Virus record (IMG/VR): IMGVR_UViG_3300025912_000012
Location: 32,001 to 96,000 of that record
Reading direction: 5' to 3' (one strand)
DNA length: 64,000 nucleotides
Source of the DNA: a virus
Taxonomy: Duplodnaviria; Caudoviricetes
Of the stretch, positions 1 through 10,480 are shown piece by piece. Position 1 is the stretch's first letter. Every line of letters starts with the position of its first letter. The notes under the pieces are model-generated. The model did not search any database and was not told the origin of the DNA. It was given only the letters and a program-made list of their open reading frames with translations. The position numbers and the translations under genes are program-made.

Positions 1-473
1 TTGTCAAGACAGGAAAGGCATTTCAGTGGCTTACGCGGATTCATCCTTTTCTCCAGGGGAAAGTCCAGCGGGACTTTCCGTGTATCGCATTTCGGGCACA
101 GCCAGCCGCCACGACGTACATCTGACGCGCTCTCGGGGAGCTTCCTCCCGGGGTTGCGGCAGTCCCGGCACAGTACCTTATGTCCTGTAGGGTGATGCTT
201 GTCAACATGGTAGTCATCCCACCTGCGCACCCTCGTGCACCCGACGCAGCAGGTGACTTCGAGCGCCACCGACCATTCTCCCGGTTTGAGGGGGGTGAAC
301 GAGGGGGCGACGGGATCGGGGACATCCTCAAGATCATGTTCCTGCGTCTTGCGTGCCACCTGCAGCGCGTACACCTCGATGAGGCGCATCATCCCGGACA
401 GCTCACGCGGGTTTCTCACCCCTGACGAGTACAGCTTCGCCCTGAGGTCTTCCCGTCCCACTATCGACGGCAT
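1..473 (-). CDS. Cys-rich (multiple CxxC) hypothetical protein, runs off the left edge
   Basis: Hand translation from ATG at 473 after GAAGGA RBS: MPSIVGREDLRAKLY...CCVGC...CRDC...CPKC...CLSC, open to position 1. Confidence 0.6.
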   Translation of the reverse strand, partial: MPSIVGREDLRAKLYSSGVRNPRELSGMMRLIEVYALQVARKTQEHDLEDVPDPVAPSFTPLKPGEWSVALEVTCCVGCTRVRRWDDYHVDKHHPTGHKVLCRDCRNPGRKLPESASDVRRGGWLCPKCDTRKVPLDFPLEKRMNPRKPLKCLSCLD

Positions 474-483
474 ATCCTTCCTT

Positions 484-1575
484 TCATGCTGTTCTTCTCG
501 GCTGTACCAGGTATCTCACATCCCCGCAGGTGATGAGGAATGCTCTCCCGGTGTAGGCAAGGGAAATGTCATCCCCGAGGGATATCCCGTCAAGAAGGTA
601 CCTGGGGGTGAAGTCGAATGATCTCTGCTCCCTAGTCACCCCTGCGATTCCCTCATCCCCGAGGGCTTCCCATTCCAGCTCGCCACGATACCCTGCGTCC
701 TGGGATGCCGAAACCGTGAGCACGTCCCCGAAGGAGAGTTTCACGGTCCCCCTGTCTCCCGCCGCAAGGGTTGCCATCTTCACGGAGGAGGCAAGCTCAG
801 CCCCGTTTACGGGTATCTCAGGGGGGTAGTCGCGGGTGATCATCTCCCATCCTTTCGCGAACTCTCCTGACACCTGGGGCGCAGTCACGGTGAGTCCCTC
901 GGTGGCTACCCCTGCAAGGGAGGCGTTCCACCCGAAAGACACCTCATTCCCGAGGACGTGGCTGAAACGCTCCAGGACGCTCGCGGGCACCAGGAGCGGC
1001 CCAGGAGACGAGACACCCGCCTTGAGGGTCACAGCGGTGAGCTGAGGGCTCGCCAGCGCCATCCGCGATCGGTCCGTGGACACCATCAGTAGTTTCCCGT
1101 CGATAATGTCCACACGGATAGCCCGCAGAACGGGGTCATTCCTCGCGGCTGCCATGTTCACGATTCTCACCGCATCCGCGAAATCTCCCGAATCGAGCTT
1201 TCCCAGCACATCGGGGAATTCGAGCCATTTCGGGAATCTGCTCCCAGGGGACGCGGACAGCGAAAACTGCGATTTCCCGGAAGTGACCGTAGCGCTGGTC
1301 CCGTCAGATTCGAGGAAAATGCTTTTCCCGAAATATTTCGAGAATTCGGAAAACATCCTCCCCGGGATGATAACGGAATCTTCGGATTTCACGTCTGCTT
1401 CGCAATCTGAGGTGAAAGTCACCTGACCGTCAGATGCGGTGATGCTGATTTTCCCGGATTTCGCGGATACGAGCATTCCCGCATGAATCGGGTTTACGGG
1501 TCTTGACGGAAGACCCGCTGCTGCTTTCGCAATCGCAGCAGCGAGGTCTTTCCCGTCAGCGGTGAACGTGAGCAG
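484..1575 (-). CDS. dnaN: DNA polymerase III beta subunit (sliding clamp)
   Basis: Clamp-like motifs (STDRSRMA, FTPRYLLDGI, RYLVQPRR). The frame extends upstream of the ATG at 1476 with a DnaN-type N-terminus (FTADGKDLAAAI...LPSRPVNPIHAGML); probable CTG start at 1575. Confidence 0.8.
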   Translation of the reverse strand: MLTFTADGKDLAAAIAKAAAGLPSRPVNPIHAGMLVSAKSGKISITASDGQVTFTSDCEADVKSEDSVIIPGRMFSEFSKYFGKSIFLESDGTSATVTSGKSQFSLSASPGSRFPKWLEFPDVLGKLDSGDFADAVRIVNMAAARNDPVLRAIRVDIIDGKLLMVSTDRSRMALASPQLTAVTLKAGVSSPGPLLVPASVLERFSHVLGNEVSFGWNASLAGVATEGLTVTAPQVSGEFAKGWEMITRDYPPEIPVNGAELASSVKMATLAAGDRGTVKLSFGDVLTVSASQDAGYRGELEWEALGDEGIAGVTREQRSFDFTPRYLLDGISLGDDISLAYTGRAFLITCGDVRYLVQPRRTA

Positions 1576-1857
1576 CAGAATATCCTTTCGAGTCTTTACG
1601 TGTTAAGAATCTCCCCCAGCGGGAACGCGGGATATTATTCCAGGGGATTTTTTTAATACTAGTGACGATTATGCCACCATGCTGCGATGAAAAACGCGAG
1701 CACTCCAACCAGGAGCAGCCCCCCCAGATATTCGAGCAGCGTAAAACTCATCTCTTATCCTCGGTCATCATGTTTCCGCAGACCCCGCACCGGGGCTGCC
1801 GAACCGAGACTATCGCATTCCCGTACCTGCACGAGCACTTCCAGACTTTCGCGGAAG

Positions 1858-2958
1858 TCACCTCATGACCAGGACTCTCGTCCCTGGTACGAGCTTGCGG
1901 TTGTTGCTCGTGCTCAAAATGTAAACCTTGTAACCCAGCCCTGTCCATTTCCCGGGGGAGACGCGCACCTCGCCTGTCTCGGGGAGACCCAGCTTGGCGC
2001 GGACCTGCGGTCCCACGTACACGCTCTCCGTGTTCGTGGAAGGATCCCATACCGCGACCGCGATCTTCTTGTACTCCTGGATCCTTTCCCGCTTGGTCAT
2101 CTCGTAGTAAGCCAGCCCGGGGGCGTACTGCTTTCCCGTCTTGGCTTCCATGAACTGATCGATGCGGGCGTTCTGGATTCCCGCGAGATCCTCCGGGTTC
2201 ACGTTCTCGAAGTAATAGGACCCGGGAGTCATCGGGACGAGGGACTTCTTGAGATCAGACGCCTTCGGGGCGTTCATCTCGAACAGGTTCTTGACACTTG
2301 ACGCGGTACCGCTGCGGACTGTTGCCTGATAGCTCTGTGTCGCAGCTGCTACCGCGTACCCGATCTCCTCGATAGCGTTCTCCTGCGTCGGATCCCAGAT
2401 GGAGATGTTTCCCTGCGGGAACCCGTAACGGGTGAGGAAATGCTTTCCCTGCGCATTCGGGGTGAACGCCGCGATCGTGTAGTAGTCAGGGAGGCGGGAG
2501 ATTTTCGGGGCGAGGCTTGTCTTGCCCTGGTGAGTGGAATGCAGCTCCTGCCCGTCTGAGATGAGCCACAGCAGGTGGAAATGCTTCCCGTACTTGACCG
2601 GGAGGGCTTCCAGGTCATTCAGCGTACGGATCACGTTGTCGCACAGTGCGGTTCCCCCGGAGATCCTGTACATTCCCTTGATGCTGGGGACCCGCAGGAC
2701 ATCCATGTCGTACAGCAGGCACTCGAAATCGACATGCCCGAAGCCAGGGGAGCTGAACTGGAAGACCGATACGCGGGTCTCCTCATTCGGGTGGTTCCTG
2801 CTGTCGGAGGCGAGTGCCTTGATGTGCCCGTCCAGCACCTCGGGGACCGCGCTGCGGTGCGGGAGCATTGACCCGGACGAGTCGAGAAGGAACGTGTGAT
2901 GATGAATCGTGTTTTCCACGGGATTCCTCTCAGGGAAGAGGCGGAGTTTCATTGTCAT
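1858..2958 (-). CDS. von Willebrand factor A domain protein
   Basis: MIDAS motif FLLDSSGSM, GGTALCD, LISDGQE. Confidence 0.8.
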   Translation of the reverse strand: MTMKLRLFPERNPVENTIHHHTFLLDSSGSMLPHRSAVPEVLDGHIKALASDSRNHPNEETRVSVFQFSSPGFGHVDFECLLYDMDVLRVPSIKGMYRISGGTALCDNVIRTLNDLEALPVKYGKHFHLLWLISDGQELHSTHQGKTSLAPKISRLPDYYTIAAFTPNAQGKHFLTRYGFPQGNISIWDPTQENAIEEIGYAVAAATQSYQATVRSGTASSVKNLFEMNAPKASDLKKSLVPMTPGSYYFENVNPEDLAGIQNARIDQFMEAKTGKQYAPGLAYYEMTKRERIQEYKKIAVAVWDPSTNTESVYVGPQVRAKLGLPETGEVRVSPGKWTGLGYKVYILSTSNNRKLVPGTRVLVMR

Positions 2959-2963
2959 TTCTT

Positions 2964-3362
2964 TTAGAACGGGGGCTCGTCGTTATAGTCAGCGCCCTTA
3001 GCGGGAGCCTTGCTGCTGCTGTTCTTGGCAGGCCACTTGAGGGAGCGTCCGAAGTCATCAAGGGTCATCTCTGCGGAGTACCCTGTCTTCCCGTCCTTCT
3101 CGTACTTGCGGATCTTCAGGATTCCTGATGCGATTACCAGCTCACCTCTCTGAAGGTCCGCTTCCGCGATAGCCTCTGCCATCTGACGCCACGCGGTGAA
3201 CCGGATGAACGAGGCGTCCCCGTCCTCCCATTCTCCTGCTGCGTTCTTCGTGCGTTCGCTGACTGCGATGGTCCCGTTCAGGACCGCGATCCCCTGCGGA
3301 GTGAAACGCAGCTCCGGGGCATCGACAAGCCTCCCGTGCAGGGTAAGATCAGAGTTACTCAT
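2964..3362 (-). CDS. ssb: single-stranded DNA-binding protein
   Basis: GRLVDAPELRFTPQG OB-fold, WEDGDASF, acidic tail DEPPF; start taken at MSNSD. Confidence 0.93.
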   Translation of the reverse strand: MSNSDLTLHGRLVDAPELRFTPQGIAVLNGTIAVSERTKNAAGEWEDGDASFIRFTAWRQMAEAIAEADLQRGELVIASGILKIRKYEKDGKTGYSAEMTLDDFGRSLKWPAKNSSSKAPAKGADYNDEPPF

Positions 3363-3391
3363 GCTGCTCCATTCGTCTTGTTCCTGTCCTT

Positions 3392-3799
3392 CTATTGTAC
3401 CAGATTTTCGGTGTCTTTGCTGGTCAGCGGGCATAGATGCCGGTCTCTGGCTCTCTCCAGGACCCCGATGAGAAGCTCCTCTCCGCCCCACTTCGGACCG
3501 TAGATTTCCCCTGTTGCGCTGTTGTAATACTTCACCCCGAGAGTGTCATCGCGACCTTCCACGACGAGGATCGCGAGACATCCGTGCCCGTAGTGTTCCG
3601 CGTGCCTGCGGATGTACTCCCATTCCCTGTCACTTACGAGAATTCCTTTCGACTCGCAGAATGCCGTGGGATGCAGGCACTTGCGGCAGTACTGCACGTA
3701 GTCGATGTCAATCCCGCGTACATCCTCTACTCTTCTCGCGATCCTGGAAAGGCTCGTGACTTTCCGCTTCCCGGTGCGCTCAATATTTCTCGCAGTCAT
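3392..3799 (-). CDS. hypothetical protein, possible PD-(D/E)XK nuclease fold
   Basis: IDIDY...CxxC...FCESK pattern; start taken at MTARN. Confidence 0.45.
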   Translation of the reverse strand: MTARNIERTGKRKVTSLSRIARRVEDVRGIDIDYVQYCRKCLHPTAFCESKGILVSDREWEYIRRHAEHYGHGCLAILVVEGRDDTLGVKYYNSATGEIYGPKWGGEELLIGVLERARDRHLCPLTSKDTENLVQ

Positions 3800-3952
3800 A
3801 AGCTCAACGGTAAACGGGGAGCCTGCGACCTCGCCACCATCATCGCAGGGTACGCCAGCCCCGGGGCAAGCGCAAGCACCACCTCGATTTGACTCCCCTG
3901 CTGAGCGCTGGTACTCTCGCCGCCAACCCCTTTTTTTCCTGCTGGAAGGAAC

Positions 3953-4963
3953 ATGTACATGGAAAGAACGTTCGACATCCGGACCCTCCTCGGGGGGACG
4001 CTGCTCAAGGAAGTCATCACCGATGACTGGCGCATCAGGCTGGACCCGGAGGTGGCTCACGTACTGCTGTCCACCGCGCTGCTCCCCGGGAGGAATTACC
4101 GCAAGCCTAACGGTGAGCTGATGTTCTCCAGGCTGTCTGGCGCGTTCAGGAACCGCAGGATCGACGGGTCGCGGATACGCACCTACGCCCAGAAGATGGT
4201 CACGTACGGAGCTGACGGGACCTGCGAATGGAAGGACCGCATCACCGAGATCGGAGTCTCCCCCGATGGCATGCTGTCCATGGGATTCCATACCTGCCTC
4301 GCGGTGATCCTTTCCGGAACCTCGCACGAGGTGCGCCTGCTCGCGAACTTCACTGAGTCAGAGCGCAACTCCGAGGGCACGGGACGCAGGCAGGACTTCG
4401 GGGATGTCCTCCACCTGTACGGGGTCCCCAGCTCCAGGTCCACGGCGGCACTGATCCAGCTCATCGTCAACCACCGCCGTACCCTGTCCCCGCTCAACTC
4501 CATCACCCCCGGGAGCACCCGGAACACGATGACTGAGCTGATGACGATCGTGGACTCGGACGAGATGCCTCTTATCACTGAGGCTGTCGCGTACGGGAAG
4601 CGCCTGTCAAAGAGGTTCTGCTCCACTCAGGGCAAGTACAAGAGGCGTTCCGCGATTGCCCCCGCGATCGTGGCTCACCTGTACCTGGAATGGATGGAGT
4701 CTCATCCTGCGCAAGCCACGGAGTTCTTCCAGGGACTGGAAACCGGGGAGGGTATCTCCGGGGTGGTCCTGCTACTGCGGGAGCGCCTGATGGCTATCGC
4801 AGGCGGGGGAGGTACCGCAGTGGACGCGCAGCTCGGGGTGTACGCCCGGACCGCCTCCCTGTTCGGGTTCGCGTGGCGGCACTACCTGACTGGCAGTGAG
4901 CTGGCGAAGATCCAGCTGTCCAACCCTCCTGCCCCGGTGTGGTGCGAGAGGCACCGCCCGTAG
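3953..4963 (+). CDS. divergent ParB/Srx-like N-terminal domain protein
   Basis: IGVSPDGMLSMGFHTCLAVILSG resembles the DGxLxDGQHRLxA motif; GGAAGGA RBS. Confidence 0.55.
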   Translation: MYMERTFDIRTLLGGTLLKEVITDDWRIRLDPEVAHVLLSTALLPGRNYRKPNGELMFSRLSGAFRNRRIDGSRIRTYAQKMVTYGADGTCEWKDRITEIGVSPDGMLSMGFHTCLAVILSGTSHEVRLLANFTESERNSEGTGRRQDFGDVLHLYGVPSSRSTAALIQLIVNHRRTLSPLNSITPGSTRNTMTELMTIVDSDEMPLITEAVAYGKRLSKRFCSTQGKYKRRSAIAPAIVAHLYLEWMESHPAQATEFFQGLETGEGISGVVLLLRERLMAIAGGGGTAVDAQLGVYARTASLFGFAWRHYLTGSELAKIQLSNPPAPVWCERHRP

Positions 4964-5021
4964 GGTAGGTTACTCGGGAACCGGGGGAGGTTCCACCGCC
5001 ACTACCTCCCCCGGTTCCTTT

Positions 5022-5300
5022 TTACTGTTCTTCTTTAGGAATTTCCATCCCTGCTGCATCGAGTGCTTTAAGAATGCTGCTCCGCGTGTACAGCTTGTCC
5101 ACCAGCTTGCCATTCGGGGTCCCCGGGTTAGATGACGCGGTAATGCACACGGTGTCATTGTTCACGTAATGGTCAATCCTGGGGACTCCCCCGGTGGATT
5201 CAAGGTAAACCCGCAGGGTTTCGGTGAGCCTGTCAACGTCCCCGAGGGTGAGCGGTTCCTCCGTGGACACCCACACCGCCAACTCAACCCACGACTTCAT
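5022..5300 (-). CDS. hypothetical protein
   Basis: ORF overlapping the end of the LexA-like gene. Confidence 0.6.
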   Translation of the reverse strand: MKSWVELAVWVSTEEPLTLGDVDRLTETLRVYLESTGGVPRIDHYVNNDTVCITASSNPGTPNGKLVDKLYTRSSILKALDAAGMEIPKEEQ

Positions 5301-5568
5301 CGGTGACCTTCTTCTCAGACTTGATTAGGATCTTGCGTCCTGCTTCGGTAACCTGTAGCGTGCGCGGGCATCCCGGTTTGCGAGTGACTAGCCCGCGTGC
5401 CTCCAGGGTGTCCACGTGGTGAGCTACGCTCGACGTGGACTTGACTTGCAGGGCATCCCGCATCTCCAGGTATGTCGGGGGGAAGCCCTGCTCAGCGGTG
5501 CTCTCATAGATGTACCGCAGGACCATGCCCCAGGTGACGAACGCATTCGGGGCGCGTGTGTTGCTCAT
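5284..5568 (-). CDS. LexA-type winged-helix DNA-binding protein, no peptidase domain
   Basis: GFPPTYLEMRDALQVKSTSSVAHHVDTLEARGLVTRKPGCPRTL matches the LexA N-domain. Confidence 0.85.
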   Translation of the reverse strand: MSNTRAPNAFVTWGMVLRYIYESTAEQGFPPTYLEMRDALQVKSTSSVAHHVDTLEARGLVTRKPGCPRTLQVTEAGRKILIKSEKKVTDEVVG

Positions 5569-5945
5569 GACGAAAATGATAGCATACATGTTCGATGAAA
5601 GAAGGATGAGATGCCTCCGAAAGGACCAACGTGCTCATGCTGGCATACATACTGCTGCTTCCCTCCGCTATGGAAAGTCTGGGGAGGGAGACATTGCGGG
5701 GATGTCAGCAACGGGTGCCGTTTCCCGAGGGGAACCTCGACGCTGCGTAAGCGAAGGGGTCCGCGTAAAGGATCACGCACGGGTTACGGGAAATAGAATT
5801 CGAGATTGAATTCCCTCATGCGAAATAGTTTTCGAAGATCAGGAAAAGTTACAACCAGAATCTTGTTTAGCGCTTGCACGGGGGGTACATTCCTGGTATC
5901 GGGTCCAGACCTAGCCCGTTGTCCTCGTGTCGAAGGAGTAAAGAC

Positions 5946-6125
5946 ATGAACGCACAGGTCACACTACGATCCGGAGATGACCAGGAGATCGTGAACACCT
6001 CCCGTCCCCCGGAGGTGGGGAGTCACGTGAAGCACAACGGGAAGCTGTGGCTGGTCACGGCATGTGAGTACCAGCTGAGCCACAGGATCATCCCGTTCTC
6101 GATGATCGTGCCCAGAGCATCATGA
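5946..6125 (+). CDS. small hypothetical protein
   Basis: AAGGAG RBS before ATG 5946. Confidence 0.55.
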   Translation: MNAQVTLRSGDDQEIVNTSRPPEVGSHVKHNGKLWLVTACEYQLSHRIIPFSMIVPRAS

Positions 6126-6251
6126 TCTCCGGGCTGAGCACCTGTCCTCGGTGTCATCACCCATTCTCCTGGGTAATAATGAGACCCAGGAGATGCCCAG
6201 CCTGCAAGTGCAGGTTTAAAAGACGAGTACGGAGGAAAGTAACGGGGAAGT

Positions 6252-6294
6252 GAGAAAGGACCAGCCTTCGGAGGGGAGAGGCTGGTCCTTTCTC
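6252..6294. terminator. hairpin between convergent genes
   Basis: GAGAAAGGACCAGCCT...AGGCTGGTCCTTTCTC, 16-bp inverted repeat. Confidence 0.7.
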
Positions 6295-6295
6295 G

Positions 6296-6643
6296 TTAAG
6301 CTACAGAGGTGAGGACCGCAGTGCCCGCGAACGGGGGACCGCCATCCGCGAACACGTTGCTCACGACAGTCCACTCGCCAGGGCGAGGGTCGGTTGCGCT
6401 GACAGTGACAGGGTGCGGACCATTCCCCGGGGTGGCAGTGTTAAACGAGGGGAAGTTCCCTGACTCGTCACTGCTCTGGGATGCGTCCGGGGATACCCCG
6501 TCAGACAGGGCGACAGTCACCGCAGTCGCGACCTCGGATGCGTCCGCGACATCATCAGAGGTGTACTGGACAGTGAGGGTAACAGGTGCGCCGGGAGCGT
6601 AGCTCGCAGCGTCAAAAGCCCATGAGGTGAAAGCAAGAGCCAC
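6296..6643 (-). CDS. hypothetical beta-rich protein
   Basis: AAGGGAG RBS, GTG start. Confidence 0.65.
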   Translation of the reverse strand: MALAFTSWAFDAASYAPGAPVTLTVQYTSDDVADASEVATAVTVALSDGVSPDASQSSDESGNFPSFNTATPGNGPHPVTVSATDPRPGEWTVVSNVFADGGPPFAGTAVLTSVA

Positions 6644-6806
6644 AAAACTCCCTTAATGATGACGACGATGCTTATGTTTCTCAAGTCGATAGTACACGAT
6701 TTTCTTTCGCTTGTGAATCCCCGTGGAGATAGTTACATTCACCGGGACGAGGATCTCCTGGTACCACCACCAGCGATTGCGGAACCAGAGTCGCAGCAGG
6801 ATCATT

Positions 6807-6995
6807 TTAATCCCTCTCACGCCACCTGTGGTAATGGGGGGTACTGTACGCTATCGCGAAGATGAGCCCGACGATGAACATGACAACCCCTGCTGCATGA
6901 ATATTCAGCCAGGGAAGCCATCCGATTCTCGCGGTCGTCTTCACCGCGAAGGTAATAATACCCCCGAGGGTTGCCACGATCAGTGCGACTATCAT
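6807..6995 (-). CDS. small membrane protein
   Basis: two hydrophobic segments. Confidence 0.55.
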   Translation of the reverse strand: MIVALIVATLGGIITFAVKTTARIGWLPWLNIHAAGVVMFIVGLIFAIAYSTPHYHRWRERD

Positions 6996-7205
6996 AGTCT
7001 TCCTAGTGTAGCATATTCCTGCTACCTTTTGTACACCTGTATCATTCCTGCTTTGAGCAGCTGTTCTTTCGTGGCGGGTGGTCTCCCGCTCCCGGAGCAG
7101 GCAACCATGGCTCGCCTTGCCCTGCTCCAGCGATTATGCGGGAGCATGATGCCTGCCCTGGCTTTCTTGCTGAGAAAGCATCCTGCGCAGGTCGCGTATT
7201 TTATG

Positions 7206-7349
7206 TTACTGCCCATGAGGCTGATGCAATCCTGTCGCGGAACGAGTGCACTTAGGCGGGGGAATGCTCTTCTGGTCTGTTACCCATACGTTCCGCCCGG
7301 TAAGCCAGATAGGTTTACCGCAGTGCCTGCACTTACGCTTGGTTTCCAT
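7206..7349 (-). CDS. Cys/His microprotein
   Basis: METKRKCRHCGKPIW...C...HQP, hand translated; same pattern as 37713-37850. Confidence 0.55.
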   Translation of the reverse strand: METKRKCRHCGKPIWLTGRNVWVTDQKSIPPPKCTRSATGLHQPHGQ

Positions 7350-7597
7350 TATCTTTTCCTATGCTTACCCGAAGGAAGGGAGCAGGGTATATCCTGAGGG
7401 TTTTCCTGCTGCGATCAAGATACACTCCGAGTACCATGTAGCGCAAGGAAAACTCGGCTCTCATTTACTCTTCCCTTTTGATCTGGGCTTGCACCAGTTT
7501 CACAAGCTCCCTGACCTGATCCTGCGTCAGGGACAGTCCCGTATTAATGTGCACTTCCCGGGGGGCTGGGGTGAGCAGTTCCCTGATGCGCTTCAGC

Positions 7598-7804
7598 TCA
7601 TCCCTGATCTCCATCAGGAGTTCGGTCTCCCATGTCATTCAGCAGCCCTGCCTCTCGTAGTGCGTCGGTTATCTTCCTGACCAGGGACAGTCCCGCGAGA
7701 GGTTCTGCCTCTCCTGCCATTACCTTATGACTATAGGTGAAATGGTCGTCTAGCACCTTGCTGACGATGCGTTCCGCCTCGCCCCAGGTGGCTGGGTTTT
7801 CCAT
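7598..7804 (-). CDS. hypothetical protein
   Basis: AAGGAAG RBS, lies in a run of small genes. Confidence 0.55.
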   Translation of the reverse strand: MENPATWGEAERIVSKVLDDHFTYSHKVMAGEAEPLAGLSLVRKITDALREAGLLNDMGDRTPDGDQG

Positions 7805-8014
7805 CAGCTTCCTTTCAGTAGCAGGTCCCCGTGCCCGAGGAGCAGCAGCGTCAGGACTACGACCAGGATGATTACCACAGCAATCCCCAGTGCTCTCATC
7901 TCTCCCTGCATCTCCTGCCTGGGCAGAACGGGCAGTACATGACTTTAGGATCTCTCGTGTCTTCGTGCAGCTTAAGCGGGTGACTGCACATGGAGCAGTT
8001 GATAAGCCTGGTTG

Positions 8015-8524
8015 TCATTTAAGCCGCAGTTCCCGCATGAGCTGGATGATCCGCTCGAAAGCCTCCACGTTCCCCATCGCGTCGTTGACAGGGTTGTGGT
8101 CGTGTGCTGTCTTGCGGTATTTCTTCCAGGACTGAGTGTCACTCCAGTTCTGGTTGACCCCAGCCCAGAAGTCGCTGATCCTGCGGGCTGAATGACCGAA
8201 AGGGTTAGGGAGTCCTGCGTAGTCGTACATCCCCGCGATCCACATGAAGTCATACGCGGGATTGTCTGACACCATGACAACTCTCCCGGGGCATACCTCT
8301 GCAAGCCACTCAGACAGTCGTGAAGCCACTACCGGCTCAGTGCTGACACGTTTCCCTATGACAGGGATCGCGGGGTTCTCAGGGTCAGGTGAGCTTTCGA
8401 ATAGCTTCCCGTGGAAGCTGACCCTGGACAGGTAGTGGACTGCCCCGAATTCCGCCAGGGTTCCTTTCACGGGGGAGGTTCCCCTCGCCTCGCAGTCAAC
8501 GAACACCAGGTTGGTCAGGTTCAT
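8015..8524 (-). CDS. DEDDh 3'-5' exonuclease (RNase AS-like)
   Basis: FVDCEA, DNPAYD, HNPVNDA motifs. Confidence 0.85.
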   Translation of the reverse strand: MNLTNLVFVDCEARGTSPVKGTLAEFGAVHYLSRVSFHGKLFESSPDPENPAIPVIGKRVSTEPVVASRLSEWLAEVCPGRVVMVSDNPAYDFMWIAGMYDYAGLPNPFGHSARRISDFWAGVNQNWSDTQSWKKYRKTAHDHNPVNDAMGNVEAFERIIQLMRELRLK

Positions 8525-8615
8525 TTCACCGCCCCCAGCAGGGTGAGGATGATCCCGAGAATGAACGGGGTCATCAGCAGGAGAGCGACGATGGTCAGCC
8601 TGTCTGGTCCGCGTG

Positions 8616-8911
8616 TCATGCCCTCCCCTTCAGGATACTCTTGCACTGAGGGCAGGTCACTTTGTCTTTCCTGGGTGAGGTTGTCTCCTCGAAGAGGAGG
8701 CGTCTCCTGCATGCCGTCAGGTACATGCTGTCGGTCTTGTAATGCACTTTCTGTTCGCTCATGCTCTCCCCTTCAAGAGCAGGATGTTCCTGCACTGAGA
8801 GCAGGTAACGTCTTTCCTGATCGAGGTTACGCCATCGAGAGGGGAACGTTTCTTGCATGCTGTCAGGTACATGCTGTCAGTCTTGTAGTGCACTCTTATC
8901 TGTTCGGCCAT
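8616..8911 (-). repeat. tandem duplication of a ~150-bp zinc-finger microprotein gene (8759-8911 and 8616-8762)
   Basis: Both encode VHYKTDSMYLTAC...VTCxQC..IL..KGRA, coupled by an ATGA overlap. Confidence 0.85.
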
Positions 8912-9617
8912 CGCAGCAGGATACCAGATGCTCACCCTCCGCGCAGCATCTCCTCAACTGCGGTCAGCTTAGCCAGCAGCTCACCGAGAGTGAGCTTCCC
9001 GTCACGAGAGCAAGCCTCCAGCATCTTCACCTTCTGCATCAGGGGAAGACCATCCCAGTACTTCGTGCAGATGCTCTCGTAATCATGCAGGCAGGAGTTA
9101 CACACTCCTGTGCTCACAAGGTCGCCAGAATACCAGCGTGCATTTCAGCGTGCGCTTACGAGAAGGACCATGATCGCGGTCCTCGATCCAGCGGATTGCA
9201 TCCACGTAAGGATCGAACGGGGGTATCACCTGGTCAGCCTGCTTTTTGGGCGAGGGTATTCCATCGTGTACCCGCGAACTATGACATCCGCGCTTGTCTC
9301 GCAGTTCCAGCACCTGACTGCCTGCCGCCTGTTCTTGACCGCATTCCTTCCCTCAACCTCGCACTTAGTGCATTTCCACCAGGCTGTCAGGACTGACGCT
9401 GCCATTGTTTTCCCCTGTTCTTTTCTTTTTTTGCCGCGAAAGGAATGAGTAACTCTAAGTGACGAGGAAGGTGCAAGTTAGCTTTGTCCCCTGCACCCGC
9501 AGTTGCATCTCCACCTGCGCTTACCCCAGTGATGCCTGTCTCGCAGGCATCTCCTGCACTGTCCTGTCGCCTTAGATACCCTGCGCAGGGCTTTGCGGTC
9601 AAGACGGTGCTTCCTGA

Positions 9618-10079
9618 TCATGCAGCTACCCGGGTTTCCAGTAGTCCTCTCACTTGCTCCCGGAGTATCTCCAGGGCAGCTTCCTCGCTGTCAGCCTCGA
9701 TATCAGCAGACAGGCAGATCGTATCGTCATAGCTGCTCAGCATGTAAATCCCGTCAGGGTCCCTGTCAGACCACCACTCGAAAGAATAACCCTGGTCAGG
9801 GACCTCAACAGAGACACGGAAACATCCAGGATGCTCTATTGCGTAGAGATCCTTCCCGATTTCCTCAAGCAGCCACGCCTTTCTTCCGTCAATCAGGTCA
9901 GCCATCTTCGCGGTCAGGGACAGCTCCTGCTTCTCCTGCTCAGTCCAGTCCCCGTCAGAGATGCTTTCCAGGGATATGTCCAGCCATAGTTCCGGATCAG
10001 GACCAGGAGAACAGGAGCTGTTCATGTCCCTGGCAGTACGGAAAAGGAGAATGTTCCCCAGGAATTCCAGATGATCCAT
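9618..10079 (-). CDS. hypothetical acidic protein
   Basis: ORF track, 153 aa. Confidence 0.6.
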   Translation of the reverse strand: MDHLEFLGNILLFRTARDMNSSCSPGPDPELWLDISLESISDGDWTEQEKQELSLTAKMADLIDGRKAWLLEEIGKDLYAIEHPGCFRVSVEVPDQGYSFEWWSDRDPDGIYMLSSYDDTICLSADIEADSEEAALEILREQVRGLLETRVAA

Positions 10080-10480
10080 AAGGGAAGCATATCAGGAGCT
10101 TTCCTTATTCGCTGGGATGCTTTTCCTGATGGCGGATCAGGAAGTCTGCCAGATCCTGGCGTGCTGTCCTGTTCTTCTTGTTCTTGCCTAGTTTCGCGGA
10201 GATCCTGACGTTCATCGTGCCTGCTTTGCAGGTGATGTCATAGAAGGTCCCATGCTTAGACCGTACGACCTTCCATCCTGAGCTGCGCAGTGCCCGCAGG
10301 CGTGTCTCTACCCAGGCATCAGGGTGCCTGTCTACTGCTGACATCGTGTTCCTTTCGTAGCTTCTGGTCGGTGACCTTGCAGTGTAGCACAGGACGGAGA
10401 GCTGTCTGCAAGACAGACCTCTCCCGGTATTCACTGAACAGTGAACGCTTGTTAGCGTTAACATATTCCCGGTTGGAGAA

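Noticed and set aside
5580-5595. Full actinobacterial SOS box upstream of the LexA-like gene
   Set aside because: Only one half-site matches TCGAAC-N4-GTTCGA
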